In this document: positions 10,810 through 22,307 of the stretch, piece by piece | Layout of the letters: the number at the start of each line of letters is the position of its first letter | Position numbering within the stretch: position 1 is the stretch's first letter | Source: Somniosus microcephalus | Lineage: Eukaryota | Assembly: GCA_052327205.1 (NCBI GenBank) | Contig: CM126221.1 | Span: 47,864,001-47,928,000, forward strand | Reading direction: 5' to 3' | DNA length: 64,000 nucleotides | Program-made: the position numbers and the translations under genes | The notes under the pieces: generated by a model | Seen by the model: only the letters and a program-made list of their open reading frames with translations | What the model was told of the DNA's origin: nothing | The model's database searches: none

Positions 10810-13544
10810 CCTAAGGGGCTGAATGGATTAGGCACAAGGGCTTTGTACATTTTAAAATTGGCTGCTATAATAATGCCAGTACATTAAGATGGCTGCCATG
10901 CCACTCATGAACACTGACACTGCCTCTTTTACCTATACTAGAAATTATTTTTCATACAGGCAAATCATATGATTGTAAGTTTTATCACACATTAGAACAA
11001 AATTCCTACACGTCTTTCATTTTCACAGCTACATCCCATATTTTAAATGCAATAATATTTGAGAAGCCGATGGTTTGATGGTTAGTGGTTTTAATCCTAA
11101 AGCTGTAAGTTGCTCATCCTCATCTACCACGATTGGGTGAGATTCATCCATTCATATCTGGACTCGAGATACAGCTCTGGAGCAGAGAGATGTTTCATTC
11201 CCTCCATCAACTCAACCAACTTAATCATGGTTTCTGCCAGCTGGTCATGGAACAGACTGATGGAGATCTTGGGGTAGTCTGCGGCCCAGAATGCCCTGAC
11301 TCCTTTCTAAATGGTCCGCTTGAAGGTGAGATAAGTCCATTGTGGGGAAACTGATTTTGATAAAATCAGATTTAAATGGAATAAATTAAGTGAATTTGGA
11401 GTAAATCAGTTTTACACATGCAGCCACAAGCTATGCTGGATTTGCGCTGAATTGACTGAATTTATGCTGTTAGTGACTGAACATTGAAAGTGTTAGTACC
11501 TTTTTTTTAAAATCTGTTTGCAGTTCTTGTCTTGGCTATCATTATGTAATGGTATTTTGTGACATCGTTTATGTAAGTGTACAAATCCTTTGTGTTTAAT
11601 CCACTGATATGACCTGTAGTGTAGTTTCTGCAGAGTTTGAGTTTTATTTGAGCCGTTTGATTGTCCACAACATTCTTTACAAAGAGCTTCACGTGAAAAT
11701 GCGCTGTATCTAGAACACTGGAAGTCTCTTTTTTTAAATGAAAATTGTTATAGGAAGAGGATGGAACTACCAGGATCTGAAGGATTTTACGATTTCCTGG
11801 TTGACAGTAGCTTTGGATTGTATTTTGCTTTGTGTAACAGGCTGGTTTCACCCAAACTGTTCGTGTCTTCTACTGTTACGGTTGTTCTGAAAGTAAAAAC
11901 TTGTTTAGATGCTGTTCTTTTGTGGGAGCTTAACAAATCTAATGAATATTTTGAATTTGTCATCTTTTGACTTAAAAGGGTTTTGTTTTTTTATAAACGT
12001 TGAATTATAAAGCTGTAAAAAGCTGAGGTAATAAATGGAAATTAAATTTCTAAATTCAATTTTCTTCCCTCTGATAGGCTCTTTTTTTCCCCCACAGGAA
12101 GTAGTTGCAGATTTTATTAATGGTGTGTCTGCACACATCTTTAGTAAACTGTATTGGTGCCGTTTTGGCCAAAATTGGTTACAGCAAAGGAAATGAAAAT
12201 TGAGAATATAAAAACAGTAATCTTTATTGAAACAGCTATATAAACTTTTGTGTATAGCAGCTTGGGAAATATGTTCATATGTTTCAATTAAAGAACAAAA
12301 TGGAGCAGAAACTTGACATGCAAATTGTAAGTTGCTGGAATGCATTAGTCGCCAACAATCCTGTTGTATTTTGGTCCCACTTACTGTGTGCACTGAAGGC
12401 CAAGGGTAGATGTAGATGTTCGATGCAGTACAGAGCTAGGTAAAACCAGAGCACCAGAAGAAGTCGAGCTTGCTGCAGGAGAGAATATAGTTATATTAAA
12501 CTGAGAAATAGTTTAACTCTTATTCTGTAGTCAGGGTGATTATGCAACAGTTCATGGTGCTGAACACACTTCTTGCCATAGTGTAGTGTTCTAAAATAGG
12601 TGGATAACTGGCATTGGCAACCTAGTTTAAGATTAGCAAGTGAGTAGTGCATGAGGTTAGAACACTGTCCTCTTGTATTGGGGATCAAATCCATGTTTCC
12701 TATTGGGGGACATTTGGTTTTGTAATGTGTTTCAGCAATTTTCCTAGGACCAGAGTTTGCTTTCAAACCATGTGTACAGAATCTCTGTTTCCTCTAACCA
12801 GTTATGTGAATGAGTTTAGGTTATCAAAAGTCACAGCAAAGGGGACAAATTTATCAGTTAAGTGCCTTGAGATGTTTTACTACGTTAAAGGCACTATATA
12901 AATGCATGTAATAGACCAAAGGTAAAAAGAACGAAGTGTGGAGAATGTGCTACTTTTATTCATGAGGTTAGATGTTCAGATAATCCAGCAAATTAAACAA
13001 ATGCCTGTACTTTGCTCTTCATTTGTCCTCATACAAATGGCAATGGGGAGATTGTGGGACATTGTCTCTTTAATACTTCATTTTTGCAATAGTTGTGTGA
13101 TCATTCCAAGCCAATGACACACGTGAGTCCTGGTTCTGAAATTACACTCCTGTAGTTATTGGCAGCGGTTCCACAAAGGAAAACGTTCGAATTGCCTGTG
13201 ATCGGTTATTTATTTGTGATTCCTCAGTGTTCAATTATTTTGTAGCTTGGTCTTTTTCAGGTCCTTTTAAGTTAGTTTTTTTTAAATTCTAATCCTATTT
13301 TGCAGTCTTGGTGTCAATATAATATGACATATTAGCTACCTCAGCGCTGACTGGTTACCAGCAGCTGGATTTCAGAGCTTTATATCCCACACAGACCCTG
13401 CCTAGCGTGCAGTGTATGATCTATTCTGAAACTTGCAAGGCAGCTTATGACCTAGAAGACAGGCTGGAGTTGATCAGTTCATTGCACTGCCTAATGCAAA
13501 CTAGGAGTTCAGTTTGGAGTCACATAAAACACAACCACTCCAGG

Positions 13545-13940
13545 TAAGAAACTTTCACTTGTATATCATTTTTCACATCCTCAGGCCATCTCAAAGTGCT
13601 TCTGATTAGTCCTCGCTTGTTTTGCAGCCAGTTTGTGCACTGAGGTCCCACAAAGAGCAGTAAGATAAATAAGAGAATCTTCTTTTAGCACTTGGCTGAG
13701 GGATAAATATTTGCCATGATCCATCCCCTGCTGCTCTTCTAGTGCCAGGGGATTTTGCACATCCACTTGAGCGATGGGACACACATCAGTTTAACGTCAT
13801 CTGAAAAACAGCACCTTTGAAAATGCAGCAGTGCCCCACTACTGCACTGAACTGTCAGCCTAGATTATGTGCTCCCAAGTTTTTTGGCATGGGACTTTAA
13901 CCCATTACAGCAAATTCAGAGCTGAGTGAGAGTGCTACTA
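13545..13940 (-). mobile_element. DeuSINE (SacSINE1-like) SINE, decayed
   Basis: The reverse complement reads as a tRNA-like head (GTAGCACTCTCAC...GGGTTAAAGTCCC), then GAGCACATAATCTAGGCTGACA, a Deu-domain-like body (ATATTTATCCCTCAGCCAA) and an L2-like tail. Confidence 0.75.
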
Positions 13941-13943
13941 TGG

Positions 13944-14009
13944 AGAAACAGAAACATAGAGCCTACTCTGCCATTCAATGCGATCATGGCTGATCATCCA
14001 AATTCAGTA
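13944..14009 (-). mobile_element. Detached 3' end of the CR1 whose body resumes at 20457
   Basis: The reverse complement TACTGAATTTGGATGATCAGCCATGATCGCATTGAATGGCAGAG matches the stop/3' UTR of the CR1 at 10015-10065. Confidence 0.75.
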
Positions 14010-14467
14010 TAGAGCATACCTACACATGTTATATCAAAAGAAAGCTTATGATTAGGGGAGTGTCATAGGCGTGTTTATTTTTTGGTCAGACAAAAAATTT
14101 TCAGTTTACAAAAAACGGACAAAATCCACTCATTTCAGCTCATTAGCATTGAGTGATGTGATGGTTGACCAATCCTACGGGGGAACCGCGGTATGATGCG
14201 TCGGGGGGGGGCGGGGCCTAAGCCTGCGGCCTGCCGTGAGTGCGGGACCAGGAAAAGAGATAGAGACAGAGAGAACCGCGCGGCCCGAGACAGCGAGCGG
14301 CTGAGCTGAGTTGGGCCGGGCCTGAGGCGCTAGGCCGCGCACGGGCTCTGGGTCACCGCGGCCGGGCTCTTGAGTCCAACCCCTTCCCCGGGGTGTCTTC
14401 ATCTCTTCCCTCACTCCTTCTCTTCCCCCCCCCCCCCCCCCCCCATCTTCTCCTCTCTCTCTCTCCT

Positions 14468-14507
<40 letters not shown>

Positions 14508-14750
14508 TCCCCCTCTCATTAATGTCAATGATAACATTGCAAAATTATAATTCTGCTTGCTGCCTCCAAATTCACATAGAAGGAAAACTAAAACCTGGAG
14601 TATATTGCTACTGTCGATCCCCATTAACAAAAAACGAAGTTAAAGAACCACCTCCTGGGTGCTTAGCAAGAGTTCTTCAATCCCAACAGTTTTATAAACA
14701 TGGCAGAGGGTTCTTCAGTTCCCTCGGCAACGCTGGGTACTCCAGGCTAG
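14010..14750 (+). mobile_element. Non-autonomous Helitron (5' tip deleted) with a GC-rich internal insert
   Basis: 14017-14135 duplicates 14829-14952, and 14517-14750 duplicates 20222-20456. It ends in a GC hairpin (CCCTCGGCAACGCTGGG) plus CTAG, followed by T. Confidence 0.85.
14400..14516 (+). repeat. Polypyrimidine, poly-C and (CT)n microsatellite
   Basis: Directly visible in the sequence. Confidence 0.9.
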
Positions 14751-14990
14751 TTTATATTTTTATATATAATTAGAGTTTGTTTGTCTGTCTGTCTGTATGC
14801 GTGCGGTAAACTCAAAAGTTATAGTGTGTACCTACACACATGTTATATCAAAAGAAAGCTTATGATTAGGGGAGTGTCATAGGTGTGTTTATTTTTTGGT
14901 CAGACAAAAATTGTTCGCACAGTACAAAAAACGGACAAAATCTGCTCATTTCACCGCATGCATACACAGACAGACAAACTCATTTATATA

Positions 14991-15275
14991 CAGTGCTATC
15001 CGGAGGTGAACTATCCGGCAATCTGGAGCCACCGGCAAAAATCAGGAGCCGTTTTTTATTCTTTGTTTTCTTTGCTTTATTTGAACAGTCAAGCTTTGCA
15101 AGGTCTGTAGCTATAGCAACAGCTTTAGCTACAGAGGCTTGTAGCCACACCTGAGTGTTTAGAAGCTGTTGCTAAGCAACAGTGATTGTTGTCAGATAAC
15201 TCTAGAGTGTACGGCAGTTTTGAGGGAACGGCAGCAGCTCGGTCCCGTGGGTGCCGGATAGCGCAAAGTTTCCTG
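14991..15275. mobile_element. Second copy of the Tigger-like MITE (opposite orientation to 4574-4907), inside the Helitron 5' region
   Basis: Reverse-complement similarity to 4574-4907. The right TIR CCGGATAGCGCAAAGTTTCCTG+TA is intact; the left TIR has an internal deletion (TA CAG..TGCTATCCGG). Confidence 0.8.
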
Positions 15276-15305
15276 TATATAGATTTGTACTTTTTTCTTA
15301 ACAAC

Positions 15306-18300
15306 ATGGGCTCAAAAAAGAGTTGCAGACTTGGACGCAGCACTTCTGATGCATGCCGAGATAAGGCTCGGAGAGCTGCTGAAACTGATGAGCAGAGACA
15401 GGCTCGCCTTCAGGTTAACCAGGACAGAAATGCTGCTGCTAGATCAGCTGAGATTCCTCAACAACCTGAGGGACCTAAAGCTGCCAACACAGCCAGAATG
15501 GCAACTGCCAGAGCCTCAGACTCCTGACCAGACTCAGGCACGGCAAGCTGTTGACCAGGCGAGACATACCCAAGCCAGAGCCCCAGACTCAGGCACGTCG
15601 TCAGGCCGACACTATACGCATAGCCATTGCCAGAGTTGACATTTGGAATCATTGGCACAGAGCAGCCTTCTCTTATGAACCCACCATCAATTATGAGGCA
15701 GACCCCACAGTCGTCATTGGCAGGATGACCATCATTTGTCCTAACTGGTGCTCTGAAGTGGGAAAGGGAAATTGATGGGATATGCTGCAATGGAGGAAAG
15801 GTGAAACTTCCACCACTACCAGCTCCACCTGAACCCCTACACTCACTTCTGTTGGGCAGAACTCCAGCTTCAAGACAATTACTCATAGCAGGAAGTACAA
15901 CAACTGTTTCGCAATGACCTCTTTTGGTGCAAACAGAGTGCATGAATCAGGATTTTGCCCAACTTTTAAAGTTCATGGACAGGTGTACCATACAGCTGGC
16001 TCCCTACTTCCTCTACCAAACGAAAGACCTCAGTTTCTCCAAATCTACTTCTTGACCCCAAAACTGGTGTGCCACCTACAGCCCAAAGGCAAAAGATGGT
16101 ATCTGCCATGGAATTCTATGCATATAGGCTGATGGAACGACAAACTGGTTCAAACCACCTGCTTCAGTGTGGAGGACTTCTCCACCAATTCCTCACTGAC
16201 ATGTATGCAAAAATGGAAGGAGAGCGGCTTAATTGGTTCCGGAATAACCAAAATCAGTTGAGTCACAGACTATATACACTTGCAAGATGCTGTGGCCAAT
16301 GTTGGCAACACTGAGGACATTAGTCAAATGGTCATCCTACCATCTACCTTTGTTGGAGGTCCTAGGTACATGCATGAGCACACACAGGATGCCATGACCT
16401 ATGTCAGAAACTATGGCAGACCTGACCTCTATCACCATGACTTGCAATCCCCAATGGCAGGAGTTCCCACCCAAAGCTGGTACTGAAAGGCATAACCTCA
16501 TAGCACAGGTCTTCAACCTCAAAGTTAAAAAACTGGTAAAACTTCTGACTAGGCAAAATTTTTGGTGCACCCCATTGCTACATGTACAGTATTGAGTGGC
16601 AGAAGAGAAGACTTCCTCATGTTCATCTTTTACTCTGGCTTCAGGCAAAGATTCACCCCAATCGAGTTGATTCCTTCATCTCTGCCGAGCTACCCGATAA
16701 GGACAAGGATCCAATCCTCTTTGATGTTGTTGTAAAAAATATGATTCATGGTCCTTGTGGGCGACACAACCCTTCTTCTCCCTGCATGAAAAACAATGAA
16801 TGTACAAAGCCACTCCGCGAACAAACTCAGCATAGGGATGATGGCTATCCTTTGTACAGGGGAAGGGGCAAAGAGAGTGGAGGTTTCAGCACTGAAATAA
16901 TGCAAAATCAGCATTCTGGTGAGTGAAGTCAACCTCGTCAATCAAATCAGACAAGACAGCAAGGACAGCCATTGGAAGTTGACAACCGTTGGATTGTTCC
17001 TTATTGTCCACTCCTATCCAGGCTCTTCAAATGTCACATCAATGTGGAGTACTGCCACTAAGTTAAGTCTATCAAATATGTGTGCAAGTACATCCATAAG
17101 GGCAGTGACCAAGCTGTCTTTGATTTTCAACGGGTTGGACAGCAAAATCAAAATGATGAGATTGCCACACATCTGATGGGCCGTTACATCTGCAGCAATG
17201 AGGCAGCCTGGTGAATTTTTGGTTTTGACATCAACAAGCGTTACCCCACTGTCACTAAATTGGATGTGCACTTCCAAAATGGACAAAGGGTTTTCTTCTG
17301 ACCAGTAAATGCCAGGCAACGTGCTGAGGAGCCTCCAAAGACAAAACTGACAGCATTCTTTGAGTTGTGCCAAATGATTGACTTTGCCAAGACACTTTTG
17401 TATCATCAGGTGCCCAAGTACTACACCTGGCAGCCAAACAAGACATGGTGGGCTCGGCACCCTGGACCAGGTCAGAAGGAAGTTCCTGGTCATACAGGGG
17501 TGTACTCATCTGATGCACTTGGCAGAGTCTACACGGTCCATCCAAACAACACAGTGCTTTCACCTTCATCTACTCCTCCATGAGGTTGCTGGCCCCACAC
17601 CATTTAATGACCTCAAGAATTTCAATGGCCATCTCTGTGCCTCCTTTCAAGAAGCTTGCCGCAGGAGAGGACTCATTGAGGATGACATTCATTAGCATGC
17701 AACGATGACAGAAGCTGCTCTGTCTTACTCCCCCAATAGGCTACGAAATCTTTTTGCCATTATAATTGCCCTCTGCAGCCCTTCCAACCCGATGCAGTTG
17801 TGGGAAGATCACAGACAGCCTGACAGAAGACATCTTACACCAACTCAGGAGAGCCAACCCCCCAATGGAGTTGAACTTCACTGATGCAATGTACAATCAG
17901 GTATTGATCCTTTTGGAGGAGAAGACTTTGGCATTGGCTGGCAAGTCTCTGACTGAGTTGAACCTTCCATCTCCCTGTAGGAATACTTCTCCAGGTCTCA
18001 GCAGAGAGGTACTCGGGAAAGCACCTACAATGTTGAGGAACTGACCTCCTTTGTCACCATCACTGAACCTAAATTGGTTCCAGACCAGAAACAGACATAC
18101 AGGTTGGTTGTGGATATGGTGGAAAACAATGCTGGTGGTATTATCTTCCTCGATGCACCTGATGGAACAGGAAAGACATTCCTGATCAATCTTTTACTGG
18201 CCATGGTTTGCTCTAAGGGATGCATTGCACTGGCTGTTGTCTCATCAGGAATTGCTGCAACTCTTCTCCAAGGAGGTCGCACTGCCCACTCAACCTTTGC

Positions 18301-19437
18301 TCTCCCTCTGGATCTGACAAGACAAGAACACCCAGTGTGTAACATTAGCAAAGAAACTGGTGCTGCTGAGTTGCTTCAAAAGTGTAGACTCATTGTATGG
18401 GATGAGTGTACAATGGCCCACAAGAGGGCACTTGAAGCACTCAACAGAACTCTTCCAAGATCTGAGAGGCAACAATAGGCTGATGGGTGGCATCACCCTG
18501 TTGCTGGCAGGTGATTTCCGCCAAATCCTGCCAGTTGTCCCCAGAGGAACACCAGATGATGAACTCAATGCATGTCTCAAGGCATTGCATCTGTGGCCAG
18601 CTGTGCAAACAGTCCATTTGACCACAAACATGCGTGTTCATATGCATGGTGCATGGTGACAAAATGGCAGGATCCTTTACCCTAAATTTGGGAGATGGAA
18701 AGTTGCCAATTGACCGCAGTGGTCAAATCACAATTCCTCCAGGCTGTGGCAGTCAAGTCAGAACAGTTGATGAGTTGATCTCAAAGGTGTATCCAGACCT
18801 CCTCAATCACTTCAAAGATCCCAAGTGGCTGTGTGAACGGTCAATACGTGCACCCAAGAATGATACTGTCAACAACATCAACATGCTGCTTTTTCAAAAA
18901 CTCCCTGGCCAAGAGCGAATTTATAAAAGTGTTGATACTGTTTGTGACCGTGCTGATGGCGTACACTACCCCACTGAGTTCCTCAACTCATTGCAGCCTT
19001 CAGGAACACCTCCTCACAAACTCGTACTGAAGGAGGGCACCCCCATCATGCTCTTAAGAAACATTGATCCACCAAAGTTGTGCAATGGAACCAGACTGGC
19101 AGTCAAAAAGCTCATGCCAAATCTCATTGAGGCTACCATCATATCAGGCTGCGCCAGAGGTGAGGATGTTCTCATTCCTCGAATTCCAATGATACCAAAT
19201 GACTTGCCATTTCAATTTAAAAGGCGACAGTTTCCTGTAACAATTTCTTTTGCAATGTCAATCAACAAGGCACAGGGGCAGACTTTGAAGGTTGCTGGCA
19301 TCAACTTACTCACGCCCTGTTTTTCACATGGCCAGTTGTACGTGGCATGTTCAAGAGTTGGTGCATCAAGGAATCTGTTTCTTTTAACACCCTCAGGAAA
19401 AACAGAAAATGTTGTACATCAACGGGCTCTCCAATAA
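15306..19437 (+). pseudogene. Helitron Rep-helicase (HUH/Y2 Rep plus PIF1-type SF1 helicase), multiply frameshifted
   Basis: Rep motifs ITMTCNPQWQE, IEWQKRRLPHVHLLLW and KYVCKYIHKG; helicase motifs [41 protein letters not shown] and [13 protein letters not shown], spread over several frames. Confidence 0.95.
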
Positions 19438-19644
19438 TGCCATCATTAGGGAAGGAAAACAGGTAACTGTAAAACCCGAACAAAATATAGCACCCCTGCC
19501 TTCCAACACACAACAGCATTTTCTTTAAGTTTCAGTTTATCATGTTAATGCGCAACATTAATCCACCTCAATTATGCAATGATACACGCTTGCAAAATCG
19601 GAAAAAAATTTTTTATACAGATTATACCGAATTTGGTATTTTTA

Positions 19645-20070
19645 TTTAGATTAAAATTCCGTCAAAGCCACTATATTTTACGTGCTGCCAAGTAACGATG
19701 GGAAGGGCATAAAGAAAATATACTCCGCCATCAATACCTGGCCATCAGTGTTGTATTATGCAAATAGTTGGCGCATTTGGTGAAGAAATTTTTTTTCTCT
19801 AAAAATACCGATTCTGGGAAACTCTTTTTATAAAAAAAAAACGAAAGAGACTCGGCCAATTTGTTTTTTTTATTCAGATTAAAATTCCATCAACGCCATT
19901 CTTTTTTATGCACTGCCAATTAACGATCGGAAGGGCGTAGAGAAAGAAAATATATTCCGCCATCAATACCTGTCCATCAGCGCTGTATTATGCAAACAGT
20001 TGGCGACGGATTTTTTCTCAATAAAAATGCCTAATCCCGGAAACTCTTTAAAAAAAAAAAAAAATGAAGC
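19645..20070 (+). repeat. Two diverged ~200-230-bp tandem units in the Helitron 3' region
   Basis: AGATTAAAATTCC...CCGCCATCAATACCTG...GTATTATGCAAA..GTTGGCG...GGAAACTCTTT plus an A-run occurs at ~19645 and again at ~19873. Confidence 0.8.
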
Positions 20071-20456
20071 CATGCAATTTCCTCCTGGGTTGGCTATGAA
20101 AAATTGCGTTTTTAAATCATAATCATTGAGTTTTTTTAAGCGGAATGTGGTCCTCTCATTAAAAATTTCAACAATTTTATTGCTTTTTACAATAATGCAC
20201 AATCATTATATGATCATGACACATTAATGTCAATGATAACATTGCAAAATTATAATTCTGCTTGCTACCTCCAAAGTGACATAGAAGGAAAACTGTAAAA
20301 ACTTGAATTTTTGGCTACTGTCGATCCCTATTAACAAAAAACGAAGTTAAACAACCACCTCCTGGGTGCTTAGGAAGAGTTCTTCAATCCCAACAGTTTT
20401 ATAAACATGTCAGAGGGTTCTTCATTTCCCTTGGCAACGCCGGGTACTCCAGCTAG

Positions 20457-21421
20457 TATTTAATGTATTGGCCTCTACTGCCTTCTGTGGTAGAGAATTC
20501 CACAGGTTCACCACGCGCTGGGTGAAGAAATTCCTCCTCCTTTCTGTCCTAAATGGCCTACCCCTTTAGACTGTGACCCCGGGTTCTGGACTCCTCGACC
20601 ATCGGGAACATCCTTCCTGCATCTAGTCTGTCCAGTCCTGTCAGAATTTTATAAGTTTCAATGAGATCCCCTCTCATTCTTCTAAACTCCAGCGAGTACA
20701 AGCCCAATCGTCCCAATCTCTCCTCATACGTCATTCCTGCTAGCCCAGGTATCAGCCTGGTGAATCTTCGCTGAACTCCTTCCATGGCAAGAACATCCTT
20801 CCTCAGATAAGGCGACCAAAACTGCACACAATACTCAAGATGTGGTCTCACCAAGGCCCTGTACAACTGTAGCAAGACATCCTTGTTTCTGTATTCAAAC
20901 CCTCTCACTACGCAGGCCAACATACCATTTGCCTTCTTAACCGCCTGCTGCACCTGCATGCTTACCTTCAGTGACTGGTGCACAAGGACGCCCAGGTCTC
21001 ATTGCACTTCCCCTTCTCCCAATCTATTGCCATTCAGATAATCTGCCTTCCTGTTTTTGCCACCAAAGTGGATAACCTCACATTTATCCACGTTATATTG
21101 CATCTGCCATGCTTCTGCCCAATCACCCAACCTGTCCAAATCATCCTGTAGTTCCTCAGCATCCTCCTCACAGCACACACGCCCACCCAACTTTGTGTCA
21201 TCTGCAAATTTGGAGATACCTTTTGTAAATCCATGTTGACTTTGTCCGATCCTGTCACTGTTTTCCAAGTGCTCTGCTATTACATCTTTTATAATGGACT
21301 CTAGCATTTTCCCCACTATCGCTGTCAGGCTTACCGGTCTGTAATTCCCCGTTTTCTCTCTACCACCTTTTTTGAATAGTGGGGTAACATTAGCTACCCT
21401 CCAATCCATGGGTACTGTTCC
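20457..21421 (-). mobile_element. CR1 LINE ORF2 fragment with an internal deletion
   Basis: ORFs 20999-21409 and 20558-20983 closely match the 8494 RT; HGFTKG is joined directly to ISKFADD, so most of the RT core is deleted. Confidence 0.92.
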
Positions 21422-21724
21422 AGGTGCAATATAACATGGATAAATGAGAGGTTATCCACTTTGGTGGCAAAAACAGGAAGGCAGATTATTATCTGAATGG
21501 CAATAGATTGGGAGAAGGGGAAGTGCAATGAGCCATGGCTAACAGTTAAGATTAGGATAAAAACATAACCAATTCTCTGAAACACAATGGAGTATTAAGA
21601 AAGTGGTGTTGGGGCCTCCACTACTTGCATCATACCTAGTTCGCAAAGTTAAGCTGACCACAATACAGAAAGGTCCAAGTACATTGGAGAGACCAAATGC
21701 AGATTGGGGGTTCGCTTTGCTGAA

Positions 21725-22307
21725 CACCCCTGTTCAGTCTGCAAGTGTGCCCTGAGCTTATGGTTGCTTGCCACTTTAATTCTCCATCTTACTCTGACTT
21801 CTTTGTCCTCAGCCTCCTATACTGTTCCAATGAAGCTCAACGTAAGTTAGAGGAACAGTGACTCATCTTTTAGGGACATTGCAGTCCTTCCAGCTGTACA
21901 TCTGAGTTTAACAACTTTAGATTTTAACGACCGCTCCCATTTTCTCATAATAGGTGCTGGGAGTGGAGGTGGTGTGGGGTGGGGATCCCCTATCGATACT
22001 GTTGGCGGGGTAGTCCACGACCATGGGGTCTACCCACCTTTCTCTGCCACTTTCCTGGGCCAAGGGAGCCTTCTCCTTGCCAGATTTTCAATGCTTCCTA
22101 TCCCCACTGCTATTCTGCAGTAGCCATTTACACCTCTGGACCCATCATTTGTTTCTTGTCCCATTACCTCATCCCCTTTTGCCTTGCACCATCGTACCAT
22201 TTGTCATTTAATTACTCCTGCCATCAACCCTATCGCAGATCTTTCCCTTTGTTCTTTACTTTTTTCCTCTGGCTCTGCCCTTGCTTAAAAACTGTTCATC
22301 TCCAGCA
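21725..22307 (+). mobile_element. Old Penelope-like element 3' part (decayed GIY-YIG tail and 3' region); continues at ~25936-26035
   Basis: 21760-21920 is a degenerate copy of 23030-23205; the downstream piece carries CTGATGAAAGGTCATCGACCTG...GCTGCCTGACCTG. Confidence 0.65.

Larger units (their letters stand above)
14751..20456 (+). mobile_element. Formerly autonomous Helitron, ~5.7 kb
   Basis: AT-rich 5' end with a (TCTG)n microsatellite, RepHel coding remnants, 3' hairpin CCCTTGGCAACGCCGGG and terminal CTAG (20453-20456) followed by T. Confidence 0.92.

Noticed and set aside
14165-14520. Promoter or first exon of the next host gene (CLIC4 follows SRRM1 in human)
   Set aside because: The segment is bracketed by Helitron 5' and 3' modules inside a CR1, and I found no CLIC-like coding exon in the window.
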